A stretch of 63,802 bases of DNA, filler included, from Reclinomonas americana ATCC 50394 (taxonomy: Eukaryota), in NCBI GenBank assembly GCA_048213135.1. It is 6 parts of 5 records of this genome, joined end to end, with 100 filler letters (N's around TTAATTAATTAA, not from the genome) between each part and the next. Parts side by side here need not be neighbours in the genome. Positions count along the whole stretch, not along the records: positions 21,904 to 29,929 come from PS015473.1; positions 30,030 to 35,697 come from PS015473.1; positions 35,798 to 54,190 come from PS015475.1; 3 more parts are not named here. One strand, given 5' to 3'. The translations under genes were made by a program, and so were the position numbers. Numbering within the stretch: the stretch's first letter is position 1; the number at the start of each line of letters is the position of its first letter. Shown piece after piece: positions 24,620-37,406 of this stretch. The notes under the pieces are model-generated. The model made no database searches, was not told where the DNA came from, and worked only from the letters and a program-made list of their open reading frames with translations.

Positions 24620-27600
24620 GTTTGCAGTCTGATTGAGGCGTTCATTCGGTCCGTCTTTGAGCAAAAGCGCTACTACAGGGAGCTCAGAGACTGGGACGAC
24701 TATGTTGCGTCTAAGTCATCTTTCAGGGTGAGGATTTGTGTTGCTAATCGTGGCCTAGAGCGATGACGACGTTCGGGAAGTCGTTAGGGAGCTGCCGAGG
24801 CTTCATGTTGCGTCTCATGAATGCATGTGTTTCATCTAGTTCATGACAACTGAGGCCTCACATGCCTGTGAAAGGTATCGTATCCGCGCTCTGGCTCTGG
24901 TAGTAGCTCCGCTGCCGGAAATGCTCCTCAAAGCGTGAGTGAAGCAGCAGTCGCAACAGACAGCGACAAATCGGGAGCGTGAAAGGTGTATGCTGTTCGA
25001 TTGGTGAACGTCCTTGCTTGGTTGCAGAGTGGCGGCGATCTATTTGACCACGACCCGTTCAAAAATGCCATCGCTGCCCAGGCTCCCTCGCCAGCCGCTG
25101 CCGGTGAATGCCATTCTTTCTCATCAACTCACCGTACGTGACATTCACACACGTTTGCATTGCAGCTCACGACGCCATGTGGGACGATGATGGAGTGCGT
25201 CGACCTGTACACATATGCATGATTCAAGATTGTCAATATTAGTCGCTTTCTCATCAAATTTCCTGTGTCTTTCAGGCCGCGTCTGCGGCTGCGGCATCAC
25301 GCAGCATTCCGGACATGTTCAAGGCGGTAAGTCTCTCCTCTGAACAACTGTACCTTACGCGTCTTTGGTGATGAAAAGAGTACGTTACTATTACTGACAT
25401 GAGATCGACTGAAACAGATGCCGCCTGGTTCCTTCGGCGCGCCAGGTAACCCCCACGGACAGCCGCCTGGCGGCAGCCCGTACGGCCCAGCTGCAAGTGG
25501 CAACCCATTCGACGAAGCCCCGGGCGGATACAACATGCGTGGACAGTATGTGCACGGCGGCAATCCGTTTGATGGTGTATGGTCGGATGTCACTTTTGTT
25601 AACCACGTGTGCTTGGCGCTCACGAGAGCTGCATATGCGCCAGACTTGGGCAGCTTTGGCGGCGGCTTGTCGCAACAACAACAACTGCAGCAGAAGCAGC
25701 AGCAGATGCATATGTACGCGCAGCAGATGCAGCAGCAGATGTACGCGCAGCAGATGCAGCAGCAGATGTACGCGCAGCAGATGCAGCAGCAGATGTACGC
25801 GCAGCAGATGCAGCAGCAACAACCGCAGATGATGATGGCAAAGGGTATGCTCCCGTACGGTGCCGGTGGTGGTGATGGAGCTTACAAGGGTGAGTTCCAT
25901 GTGCCCCAAAACAGTGGCGTCTGTGCTTCTTCGCCCACATCTCACTTCACTCTGTAGGTATGGGAGGAGGTCTTGGAGCTGGCCTGTCGGGCATGCCTGG
26001 TCAATCAGCGCAACAACCTGGCTTCGGTGGTGGCTTTGGGGGACCTCCGCCTGCAACAGTGAGTGGCACGTCTCGCTACTTATAATTGCCACCTGTTGAG
26101 CTGACTTTTTTTTTGAGTCGGTACAGGAACCGCCTGCCCCTGACCCGTTCGCAGACCCTTTCGGTGCTTTGCTGCCCGTAGGTGCGATGCGATATCTTCT
26201 TCTATTCGTACTATTTGTTGCATTCCTGAATTCTCATGCTTGAATTCTCTTCTGTCTCGACATTTGATGCATCAGCTTCCCCACATTTGCTGCATCCCCA
26301 GGTTTGATGCATTCTATTATCCATGTTTGTTTATCATACTCGTGAACGATCGATCCTAACATTGTGCGCCCTTGACTTCTCGCGGCAGTTGGCAGTCGAC
26401 GCAACGATGGCTTGTCAACTTGCTGATAAGGACGCTCTCATTACTCGACTGCAGCGTGAGCTAGCCACCGCGCAGCAGGAGCGAGAGCAGCAGCAGCGAG
26501 AGTTGGAGCGGCAGCGGCAACAGCATGAAGGCAGAGCTGATCAACTGCAGCATGCAGTAACTACGCTGCAGCAAGACAACAGCCAGCTGCAGCAAACTGT
26601 CGCGGGCTGGCAACGGGCCCATACTGACGGCCAGCAACAAGCCACCCAACTGCAGCGCACTGTCACGGAGCTGCAGCAGTCCCAGGCCCAACTGCAGGCC
26701 GAGCGAGACCGAATCGCCTCCTTGTTGACTGTAGCTCTTCGCGACAAGGACAATCTCGCCACTCAGCTCGCCGCCGTGCAACAGCAGTTGGAAGAAAAAG
26801 ACCGTCTCATCTCCCAGCTGCGACAGAGTGTCCTCCTTGCCCACGGTTGGCCAGTTGTTCTCCACTCTTTCATGTCACACATCCTGTTCTCGCGCTCATT
26901 GTTATTTCCCCTAATATGCAGTGGACACCTCGGTCATTCACTTCGAGTGGCCCGAGATTGTGCAAGCCACCGACTCGTTCTCGGAGCGCCTCAAGGTCGG
27001 CGAAGGTGGCCAGGGCGCCGTGTTCATTACTCTTCTCCGTGAGACGCATGTGGCCATCAAGGTGCTCGATGCCGACGCCCCGTGGACAATGGAGTCTTTC
27101 GAGAGTGAGGTCTGTCGCCCGCTCCTCTCCCTTGGCCTTGTCATTGATGCTCATCGCGATCGTGCTTCGCATCGCGCAGGTGACAACTCTTGGACGCTTG
27201 CGAAACCGTCGGGTCGTCCCTCTTGTCGGTTACTCGATTGGCGACGAAAAAGAACGCTGTCTGGTGTACAAGGCCCTGCAGTACGTGGCTGCTGTCTTCG
27301 ATACTCACAATCTGCTCCAGCAAGCCCACCGCACTATGCGCACACAGAGTTCCCAACCTTGAGGATCTCTTGCTACTGCCGCGCGCCGGTCGAACGCCGC
27401 TCTCGGTCGTGCAGCGTGTGCAGATCGGTCTCGGACTTGCCGAGGCGGTGGCGTTTTTGCACAAGGTGAGCACATCGTGTCTCTCTCTCCCTCTCTTGGT
27501 CTCATTATCTTTCCCCCTTTCCATTCCTGCCTCTCTGTTTCTCTCCGTGACTGTCTATCTGTCTGCCTATTGTCTATCTGTCTGCTCATGAATTCTGTCT

Positions 27601-27627
27601 ATTTGCAAATTTCCCTCGCATTCTCTC

Positions 27628-27714
<87 letters not shown>

Positions 27715-28650
27715 GGCTGGCTGGCTGTCTGGCTGTCTGTCTGTCTGTCTGTCTCTCTGTCTGCCTGTCTGTCTTATTTCCTTTTATTTGGCATTTGTAG
27801 TTCATGCCCACCAGACTCTGTTGTCCGTTCTCTTGATTGTTAATTCTGCCGGTCTCTTACTGTGTCTGTGCTGCTCATCGTCGGCAAGGGATTTGTGGAC
27901 ATTTGTCGCATTATTGGAATGTGGTGAATATTAATGAAGTGTTTTGTTGATCTCCTTCCTCTTTTCCTTTGTGTCCCTCCGTTTCGCTTCCCCGTCTCTT
28001 TCTCCTTCCCCCTCCCCCGCCCTTTGCCCTTTGCACTCTTCCCTGTCCTTCATTTCCTCTTCCCCCTCTGTCACCCTCTCACTCGCTACCACAGAACAAC
28101 GTGGTACACCGCGACATCAAACCGTCCAATGTACTTCTCGACCACCGCTTCGAAGCCTGCCTGGGCGACTTTGGCATTGCGCGGTCGATTGCCGATGGCA
28201 AGGTCTGCGCATGCTTCGAATGTCTGTTGCCAGTGCCTCCACTCTTTCTCTTCATTTTTTCACTCTCTCCACCTCAAACAGACAACAACGGCCGCCGGTA
28301 CGCTTGACTACATGGACCCCCTGGCGATGCGAGTGAGGATTCCACACCCCGAACACGATGTGTACAGTATGGGCGTGGTGATTGTGCAACTGGTCACTGG
28401 CAAACCGGTGGCCACGGTGGTGGGATGGTCCGTGGCATGGGATCGCTCGGGTGCGGTCGCTTTGCGTCCCATGGAGCTGGTGGACGTCAGCGGTGGGATG
28501 GAGTGGACGGCACGCATCGCTGAGCCCATGTTTGAACTTGGCATGCGGTGCATGAGTATGCGCCCTGACAGGCCGACGGCACAGGAGGTGCAGGATGTGC
28601 TGAGGGCGATTCGCGAGGCGTGTGGACAGTTTACGATGGTTGTTGAATGA
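23299..28650 (+). CDS. AGFG-type ArfGAP + NPF/DPF motifs + Q-rich repeat + coiled coil + RLK/Pelle/IRAK-like protein kinase
   Basis: Spliced: NRRCFSC...IFVCTHCAGIYRRMLNHRVKGIGMANFSADEIKALQEGGN; NPF x2 and DPF x3; kinase FEWPEIVQATDSFSERLKVGEGGQGAVF...VAIK...HRDIKPSNVLLD...DFGIAR...GTLDYMDP...DVYSMGVV. One frame can be kept through all exons. Confidence 0.75.
25712..25819 (+). repeat. Coding 27-bp tandem repeat x4, (MYAQQMQQQ)4
   Basis: ATGTACGCGCAGCAGATGCAGCAGCAG repeated four times (last base of the last copy differs). Confidence 0.9.
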
Positions 28651-28699
28651 AACGATGCACAGTTTCGCAGAAAGCGATAATCACCGCCCGCACTAATTT

Positions 28700-28987
28700 T
28701 CACTCAATCGTCGAGAAGCTCTGTCCGGAGGCATAACGAAAGCGACGTTGGTCCATTCGAACATACAGAACGATGTGCATCCACACATCGGCCGGTAGCA
28801 CCACCCCCGTGCTGGCCTGCAACTTGTCGGCCAGCAGCACATGGTAGATCTCAAACAGGAGCACTCGCCACAACGTTAACGTTCTTCGCGCAAGATTGAG
28901 CAGTTGGGAGAAGGACCCCGTCGCCGTGGGCGAATAGGCATGCGGCGAGGAATTACAGTTTATCCAGAGTATTATGTTTTCGTGCAA
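28700..28987 (-). pseudogene. Diverged, shortened copy of the terminal exon of the ankyrin/box family
   Basis: TLWRVLLFEIYHVLLADKLQASTGVVLPADVWMHIVLYV without the other exons. Confidence 0.55.
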
Positions 28988-29065
28988 GAATGGGTCTGCA
29001 TTAGAACAGTGACTAAAAAAAACCGATCTGCACTCTTCTCTCTGTTGAGATCGCCTTGAGCCTCA

Positions 29066-32000
29066 CTAGTAGTACTCCACATCATCTTCATCACTCTCCT
29101 CGCTAAAGATGGTCACGTCAACAAACAACACAATCTGCATCCACAAGTCGGCCGGCAACACCACCCCCATGCTGGCCTGCAACTTGTCGGCCAGCAGCAC
29201 GTGGTAGATCTCGAACAGGAGCACCCGGTGCAGCGTCTCACACGAGACACTACGCAGGACGCCACCCGGCGCCAGCATTCTGACCAGCGGCGACACGAGA
29301 CTGGAGCAGCGACGGCGACGTTTGCTCCGGTACAAGCGATCGGCATCTCCAAACACAAGAGCGTCGATGAGGCGGCGCAGCACGTCACACGACGGCGCCA
29401 CATCGGCTATTGGTGGTGCAATGGCGCAGCCGAGTTGCACCAGGGATAACTGAGACGACTTGTCCATCATCTGCCTAAACTCACCAGAGGCGAGGGCACA
29501 CTCGCACTGGTCGATCCACTCGTTCACCATGTGTTCCTCGGGTACCATGTGGAACCGATCCCGCTGGTTGGTCAACTGCACGAGAAACGTCAGAGAGAGA
29601 GCGGAAAGGGAGAGGGCGATGGGAGAGAAAGTCGGAAGGAGGGAGGGAGGGAGGGATGTGGGAGACAAAGCACGAAGGGAGAGAGACAACATCAGATACA
29701 GAAGTGTACCTTGACACACAGGGACCCGTGCACTTACACCGTGGTGGAGAGCCAGACAGGCGAAAGAGAGCTGAAAGGGAGAAGGAGAGAGAGAAGGACA
29801 GAGAAAGAGAGAGACAAAAGAGTGACAGACAGGAGAGGGAGATGGCGGAGACAAAGTGGGAAGGAGGGAGAGGGAATGAGACTGAAGAGACAGGAAAGAG
29901 AGCAAAAAATTAGAGAGAGAGAGAGAGAANNNNNNNNNNNNNNNNNNNNNNNNNNNNNNNNNNNNNNNNNNNNTTAATTAATTAANNNNNNNNNNNNNNN
30001 NNNNNNNNNNNNNNNNNNNNNNNNNNNNNACATACTCTGAAGTGAAGAGACAGGCCAAGGCAGGTGACACAGAGAGAGAGAGAGAGAAAGAGAGAAAGGC
30101 GAGCGGGGGAGAGAGACGAGGGCGATGACGCGAGAGACAGAAAGACCGAGGGTAGCGAGTACAGGTGAGGCAGGACAGAAGAGACAGGAAAAAGAGAGAA
30201 AACAACTGATACAGGGGTTCACCTTGATTCACAGATCTGAGTCTATCCCCATTTGCCTTCTCCTGACACATACTCTGAGGTGGAGAGGAAGGCAGGCGAG
30301 AGAGAGAGAGAGAAGAAAGAGTGGGGGAGAGAATAAGAGACGCGCGGAGACGGGCAATGACGCGACAGTCAAGACAGAAAGAGGGGAGCGAGAAGAGAGA
30401 GAGAGAGAGAGGACAGAGACAGACAAGAGTGAGAGAACAAACAACTAATGTTGACCCTTGTTTCGTGGATCTGAGGACTATCTCCTCTCTTCCCTTTCTC
30501 CTCCCTCCCACACACCTCGGGCATCGCGGCACCAGCCAGGCACATCAAGGCTAGTCCGTGCGGGTGCGCGATTTGTGAAGCATCGGCACGAAGTCCATCC
30601 CGACAAGCGTCGAGAGCTGTCTCCAGCATTGCGTCGAAAAAGCGGTCTTCACCCAGCGGCTGCATGCAAGGCATGGCCAACAAGGTCCAAATTGACGGCA
30701 GATGAAAGTAGTCCACGATGCAATCACGTACAGCGTCAAGAACCTCATCCCATTCACCGCGGTTCTCGGCCTCCGCATGCACTGCATTCACCACGGATTC
30801 CAGCGACACACCGAGATGCTCTCTATCCTCGAGGCAGTCCATAAAACTGTCGATGAAATCGTCGAGGTCGACGAATATCACGTATTCTGGATACTCCAAC
30901 AGGCACGGCACCTTGATCGACGACGGAAGGCGACAATCCAGCAAAATGCACTCGACGGCCTCCTCATCCTCAAGAACTCCCTCCCAGAAACGAGAATTGT
31001 CCAAAAAGGCCCGCAGCACGTCTTTGTCAACGATGATGGACAAAACGTCCCTCAGCCACCTGGCCCCGCGTGGATGGTGCGGCACGTCTCGCTGCAGCAG
31101 CATTCGAACCAGGGCACTGCGATTCAGCCGCACTGCAATCCACAGTGGCCAGCAGGAACGCTCATCTTCACCCAAAAAGTGGACGAGGTGGCTATCATAG
31201 CCTACAAAAGTGTCCACGACGTGCTCATCGGCATCTGCCGGTAAAGCGGTGCCATAACAGTCCCAGGTGTCGACAGTGAACAACTCTCCACTTCCGTCAC
31301 CCGCAACCACCTCATCTCGCGCCAGCAGCAGCGACACAATCTCCACGTGGCCCCTGACGCATGCATACAGCAGGGCCACGTTATGCGGCCGTTCTGGGTG
31401 CACTCGATCATCAGCAAGCAACGCAGCCACCACCTCGGTGTGGCCACGGAACGCCGCCTGTTGCAACGGAAAATTGTCGACCACGGCAGGATCGGCGACG
31501 CCTTCGCCCAGCAGCCGCCGCACCGTCACCACGTCGTTAGTGGTGGCCGCCAACTCGAGTCGCGCACTCTCCTCCAAGTCGTCCAGCGGCCACGACTCAC
31601 GCAGGTCGCGGAGGACGGCCTCCTTTTTGCAGATCATGCAGTGGCGCACGCACTTGAACAATGTCAACCTGAGGAGTTGGGGATCGACAGTCGGCAGGCC
31701 GAGGCCGCCCAGGCAACGAATGGCAGGACCATCGGAGACGCTCACAGCAGCTCTCAGTGCCACGTCTAATGCCGCCGGAGTCACGGTTAATTCAAGCAGC
31801 GGAGCATCCTCGAGTTGGGCTCGTGCACGCCATCCGTTCAATAGCGCCGGCAGTCGACCAGTGACGACCGCAGCAACAGGCCACCAGGGACAGTGCATGC
31901 CCACGGTCTCGAAATACTTGACCGGGAACTCGCGGAAAAGAGCGACGACGGTGGCGTCATCCGGCGCCATCCACACACAGTGGGTGAATGATTTCACCCA

Positions 32001-32439
32001 TTCATGCTCCGTCAACGACCTCCACAAAGATGCAGCCGCCGTCTTATCCACGACGCCGCGTACAACCCGCGCCAGAAACGTAGCTGCAGCTGTATCCCGG
32101 AATTGGCGCTGTGTGAGCAGGAAATGCGATGTCAGTGATAAGGGGAAGAGAGAAAGAGAGAGAGAGAGAGAGAGAGGAGGAGNNNNNNNNNNNNNNNNNN
32201 NNCAAGCGCACCGGTATGTAGAGCTTTATATGTGGATGCTTCGGCTCCACTCCAGCATCGCGGCACAACACTTCATGCACCTCCCACGCGGAGACCCCGA
32301 AATCTGAGTAGAGCTCGAGGTGCTTCACTTTGTCGCATGTTTCCTTGATCGCGTTGGCCTTGCGAACCAGGTCGTCGAGGACGTCGGAAGGATCCAGCAC
32401 AGGCGGTGTGGGTGCTGGTGACGGTGACGGTGATGACAT
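29066..32439 (-). CDS. Ankyrin-repeat protein with C-terminal F-box/BC-box-like motif, copy A1
   Basis: Exon 1 from ATG 32439 (LDPSDVLDDLVRKA), exon 2 ~32108-30515, exon 3 ~29575-29066 beyond a linker; exon join across the linker is inferred. Confidence 0.7.
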
Positions 32440-32613
32440 GCGCGAGAGGAGAGCGAATGTCCTGGTGGACGCACCTCTCAACGTCGCTGTGCGGAGAGGG
32501 GAGTTTTGCGGCGAGGCAAGGAAGCAGTTCCAATGAGCTTGTGCTTTGAAGCATGAAGTTGCCTCTATCAGAACTGTGACGTCGACTGACCTGAAAAGAC
32601 CCTTTACATGAGT

Positions 32614-35253
32614 TTATTCGTCATCGCTATCCTCACTAAAGATCCTCATCTTGACAAACAGCACGATCTGCATCCACAAGTCGGACGGCAACACCACTCC
32701 CATGCTGGCCTGCAACTTGTCGGCCAGCAGCACGTGGTAGATCTCGAACAACAGCAGCCGGTGCAGCGTCTCACGCGAGACACTGCGCAGGACGCCACCC
32801 GGCGCCAGCATTCTGACCAGCGGCGATACGAGACTGGAGCAGCGACGGCGACGATCGCTGCGGTACAAGCGATCGGCATCTCCAAACACAAGAGCGTCGA
32901 TGAGGCGGCGCAGCATGTCACACGACGGCGCCACATCGGCTATTGGTGGTGCAATGGCGCAGCCGAGTTGCACCAGGGATAACTGAGACGACTTGTCCAT
33001 CATCTGCCTAAACTCGCCAGAGGCAAGAGCACACTCGCACTGGTCGATCCACTCATTCACCATGTGTTCCTCGGGTACCATGTGGAACCGATCCCGCTGG
33101 TTGGTCAACTGCACGACAGAGCAACGTCAGTGATCGCCAGAGAGAGAGGGGAGAGAGAAAGGGAAAAGAGAGAGAGAAAGAGAGAGGAGAGTGACTGCGG
33201 CAGAAAGAAACAGACAAGAGAGTGAGAGGGGGGAGACGAAGAGAGAAGAGAGAGAGAAAACCAGCTGATGAAGCTGAACCATGCTTCGTTGATAGGAGCT
33301 CATGAGTCTCCCTGCATCTCACTTCTCCTCTCTCTCACACACACACACACACAGCGACCCGCGCACTTACACATACTCCGAGGTAGAGAGACAGACAGGC
33401 GCGAGGGGGCGAGACAGATGAGGCACGAAAGAGAGACACAGAAATGAGAGAACAACCGAAGCTGAATCTTGTTTCTTTATACTGAGTCTCACTCTCCCTC
33501 CCTTCTTCTCACACACAAACCTTGCATGCACATACTCCGAGGTAGAGAGACAGACAGGCGAGAGGAGAGGAGAGAGGCAGGACAGAGAGAGACAGGAATG
33601 AGATTGACCTAATCCGCGTCTCTCTCCCTTCCCCTCATTTCCACGAACCCGGGGCATCTTGGCACCTGCCAGGCACAGCAAGGCCAGTCCGTGCGGGTGC
33701 GTGAGATGTGGATTGTCGGCACCGAATTCCTTTCGACAAGCTCGGAGAGCTGTCTCCAGTGCCTCCTTGAAGACGGGGTCTCCAATTCGCGGCTGCACGC
33801 AAGGCACGGCCAAAAGGAGCCACAGTGACGGAACGTGAATGTAGTCCACGATGTGATCAAGTACAGCGTCAAGAACATCATCCCATTCACCGCGGTTCTC
33901 GGCCTCCGCATGCACTGCATTCACAACGGATTCCAGCGACACATTAAAGTCCTCTCCATCCTCGAAGCAGTCCATAATAGTGCCGACGAGATCACCGATG
34001 TCGACAAATGTCGCGTATTTCGGATACTCCAATAGACACGGCATCGTGATCGACAATGGAAGGCGACAATCCAGCAAAATGCACTCGATAGCCTCCTTGT
34101 CCTCAAGAATTCCCTTCCAGAAACGAGGATTGTCCAAAAAGGCCCGCAGCACGTCTTTGCTACGAATGACGGACAGAACGTTCCTCAGCCACGCAGCCCC
34201 GCGTGGATGGTGCGGCACGTCTCGCTGCAGCAGCATTCGAACCAGGGCACTGCGATCCAGCCGCACTGCAATCCACAGCGGCCACCTGGCCATGGGACGC
34301 TCATCCTCACCCGAAAAGTCGTCGATGTAGCCGTTATAGCCTACAAAAGTGTCCACCACTTGCTCATCGGCAGTTGCCGGTAGACATGTGCCATTACAGT
34401 CCCAGGAGTCGAAAGTGAACAACCTTCCCGTTCTGTCGCCCGCAACGACCTCGTCTCTCGCCAGCAGCAACGACACAACGTCCACGTGACCCCTGAAGCA
34501 TGCATACAGCAGGGGCACGTTATGCGGCCGTTCTGGGTGCACTCGATCATCAGCAAGCAGCGCAGCCACCACCTCTGTGTGGCCACGGTACGCTGCCTGT
34601 TGCAGCGGCAAATTTTCGGCCACGGCAGGATTGGCGACGCCTTCGCCCAGCAGCCGCCTCACCGTCTCCACGTCGTTGGTGGTGGCCGCCAGCTCCAGTC
34701 GCGCACTCGCCTCCAAGTCGTCCAGCGGCCACGACTCACGCAGGTCGTTGAGGACGGCCTCCTTCTTGCAGATCATGCAGTGGCGCACGCACTTGAACAA
34801 TATAAACCTGAGGAGTTCGGGATTGACACCGACAGTCGGCGGACTGAGGCCGCCCAGGTAACGAATGGCAAGGCCATCGGACAAGCTCACAGCCGCTCGC
34901 AACGCCAGGTCGACCTCCTCGAAGTACATTGACGGCTTCCGCCGTGGAGCATCTTCGAGTTGTGCATGTGCGCGCCATCCGTCCAGTAGCGCAGGCAGTC
35001 GGCCAGTGACGACCGCAGCGACAGGCCACCAGGGACAGTATTCGTCCAATGCATCGAAATACTCGACCGGGAACGCATGGAAGAGAGCACTGACAGTGGC
35101 ATCATCCGGAACCATCCACACACAGTGGGTGAATACTTTCGCCCACAAATGCTTCGTCAACGGCCCCCAGAATGATACAGCCGCCGTCTTATCCACGACG
35201 CCGCGTACAGCCTGCGTCAGAAACGCAGCTGCAGCTGAACCCCGCAGCTCACC
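32614..35253 (-). CDS. Ankyrin/box family copy A2 (exons 2-3; exon 1 not found)
   Basis: Exon 2 35253-~33648 (LELAATTNDVETVRRLL...QQAAYRGHTEVVAALLADDRVHP); exon 3 ~33107-32614. Confidence 0.75.
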
Positions 35254-35325
35254 CTGCATATGCAAGAACACACACATGAGGAAGGCACAGAAAAAATCAC
35301 ACATCGTGCATGCAGAGAGGAGAGC

Positions 35326-35357
<32 letters not shown>

Positions 35358-35612
35358 GAGAGCAAGATAGAGAAATAGAGCAAATAGAGAGAGAGAGAGA
35401 GCTAGATAGAGCAAGAGAGCAAGAGAGAGAGAGAGAGAGAGGAACGACCGTGAGGTCAAAGTGCAGGGCAAGCAGCAGCCGGTCTCATGTCGTAATTTTT
35501 TCGCTTGCCATGATCTTCCCCACACACAAAGAGAGAGGAAAGGGGGAGAGGAACCGAAAGCGAGATAGAAGAGGAAAATAGACAAACTGAGAGTCTGACA
35601 CATACGCGCAGC

Positions 35613-35657
<45 letters not shown>

Positions 35658-36015
35658 GACGTACGTACGTACGGTACGGTACGGTAACGGTAACGGTNNN
35701 NNNNNNNNNNNNNNNNNNNNNNNNNNNNNNNNNNNNNNNNNTTAATTAATTAANNNNNNNNNNNNNNNNNNNNNNNNNNNNNNNNNNNNNNNNNNNNGGG
35801 AGAATGAGAGGGGGAGAATGAGAGGGGAACAACGAGTGGGGGAGAACGAGAGGGGCAGAGCGAGAAGGGGGAGCGAGAGGGGGAGAGTGAGAGGGGGAGA
35901 GCGAGAGGGGGAGAGCGAGAGGGGGAGAGCGAGAGGGGGAGAGCGAGAGGGGGAGCTAGAGTGAAAGAGACAGAATGCATCACAGTCAACCACATGTCTC
36001 CCATCGCGCACGCAC

Positions 36016-36820
36016 CATCAAGGAGGTCCTCCATGGAGAGCGAGGTGGCGCCCATGGTGGCCCACTTCTTGAGGCCGTTCAGGTCCATGCCCTTGCCGTT
36101 GTCGAGGATGAAGAGAATCGACAGAGGCCGCTCGCCTTTCTGAGGAGTGCGGGACAAGGGAAAGTGAGTGAGAATAAGAGAACTCTCTTGACACCCTCAC
36201 TCCTTTCTTCCATCACATTCTTCGCAACTGTGGCACCCGGCACCGTTCGCACGGTCACCTCGATATCGCGCACATCGTTGGAGATTGTGCTCTGCACCGA
36301 GTTGTCAATGATCTCGTCGATCGACGTGTAAAAGTCGTACTCGTCGCCGGCTTGAATCTGTCACCACGAAGAAGATGAGAGAGGAACAAGACAATGATAG
36401 CTCACGCACGGCGAGACGAAACGAGAATGCTGACGTGCGGCACCACATCCATGACGGCATTGATCTTGGGCGGCAACGGCTCATCCACTGCGACATGAAA
36501 AAAACGCGTGAGCAACACAGACACTCCTGCGCCAACAAAAAAAGACAGCGCTGGCGCAAACCTCCACCACTGTCGCCAAAGCTCACAAACAGGGTGCATC
36601 CACCGCGATCGACCAGCGGCGCAAAGGCGTCGGCGGAGTGGATGACGCATCGTGATTCGTCGTACACGATGAGGGACTGTGAGTGCAAAAAGTGAGGGAG
36701 GGAGGGAGAAAGGAGAAGAGAGAGGGAGGAGAGGAGAGAGGGCGAGGAAAACGAGAGGGAGAGAAGAGAGAGAGAGAGATAAGGAGGGAAATGGAAAGTG
36801 AAGAATGAGGAGGGAGAGAC

Positions 36821-36851
<31 letters not shown>

Positions 36852-37406
36852 CACACACACAGAGAGAGAGAGAGAGAAGAAAGAGATAAAGGAGGAGGGA
36901 GAAGGAGAGAGAGACAAAGAGCGAGAATGAGAAAAAAGACAAACAGCAGAGAGAGATAAAGGCAGAGAGAGAGAGAGAGTGAAAGAGAGAGTGCGCGGCG
37001 AGAGAGGAGAGCGACAGACAGCAAAGAGAGAAAAGAGACAGAGAGTCTGCGCATCTCTTCTCTCTCACACACACAACAAAGCAAACCACGCCCTCCACGA
37101 GAAGAGAGCACACAACACACCTCCACCAAACACGAGTGATTGATGACAATCACAATGCACACACACGCATTCCCTCTCTCTCCCTCTCCAAACACACACA
37201 CACACACTCACCTTCATCACATCCTCCTGCTCAAGCACCACCTCAAACGCGCTCGCCACTCGTCGCACAAACTCTCTCCACACACTTTCCCGCGCACCCT
37301 CCTCCACTGCCACAGGCAACCTCACACTCACATTCACTGGTTGAATGCGCTGAGAGGCCGCATGCACCACAATGAAGGGCACAGAAGTCAACTTGCCCGC
37401 GCTCAT
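36016..37406 (-). CDS. SMCHD1/GMI1-like protein, N-terminal UBL-like + GHKL ATPase region (3' part lost at linker)
   Basis: Spliced: WREFVRRVASAF...SLIVYDESRCVI...TLFVSFG...MDVVPHVSIL-IQAGDEYDFYTSIDEIIDNSVQST...ILDNGKGMDLNGLKKWATMG. GHKL motifs I (EIIDNS) and II (DNGKGM) follow a region resembling the SMCHD1 N-terminus. Confidence 0.65.

Noticed and set aside
24728..24758. Possible 31-nt mini-intron (GTGAGG...TAG)
   Set aside because: An in-phase GTTGCGT donor at 24704 gives a 55-nt intron of typical size, so the mini-intron is not required.
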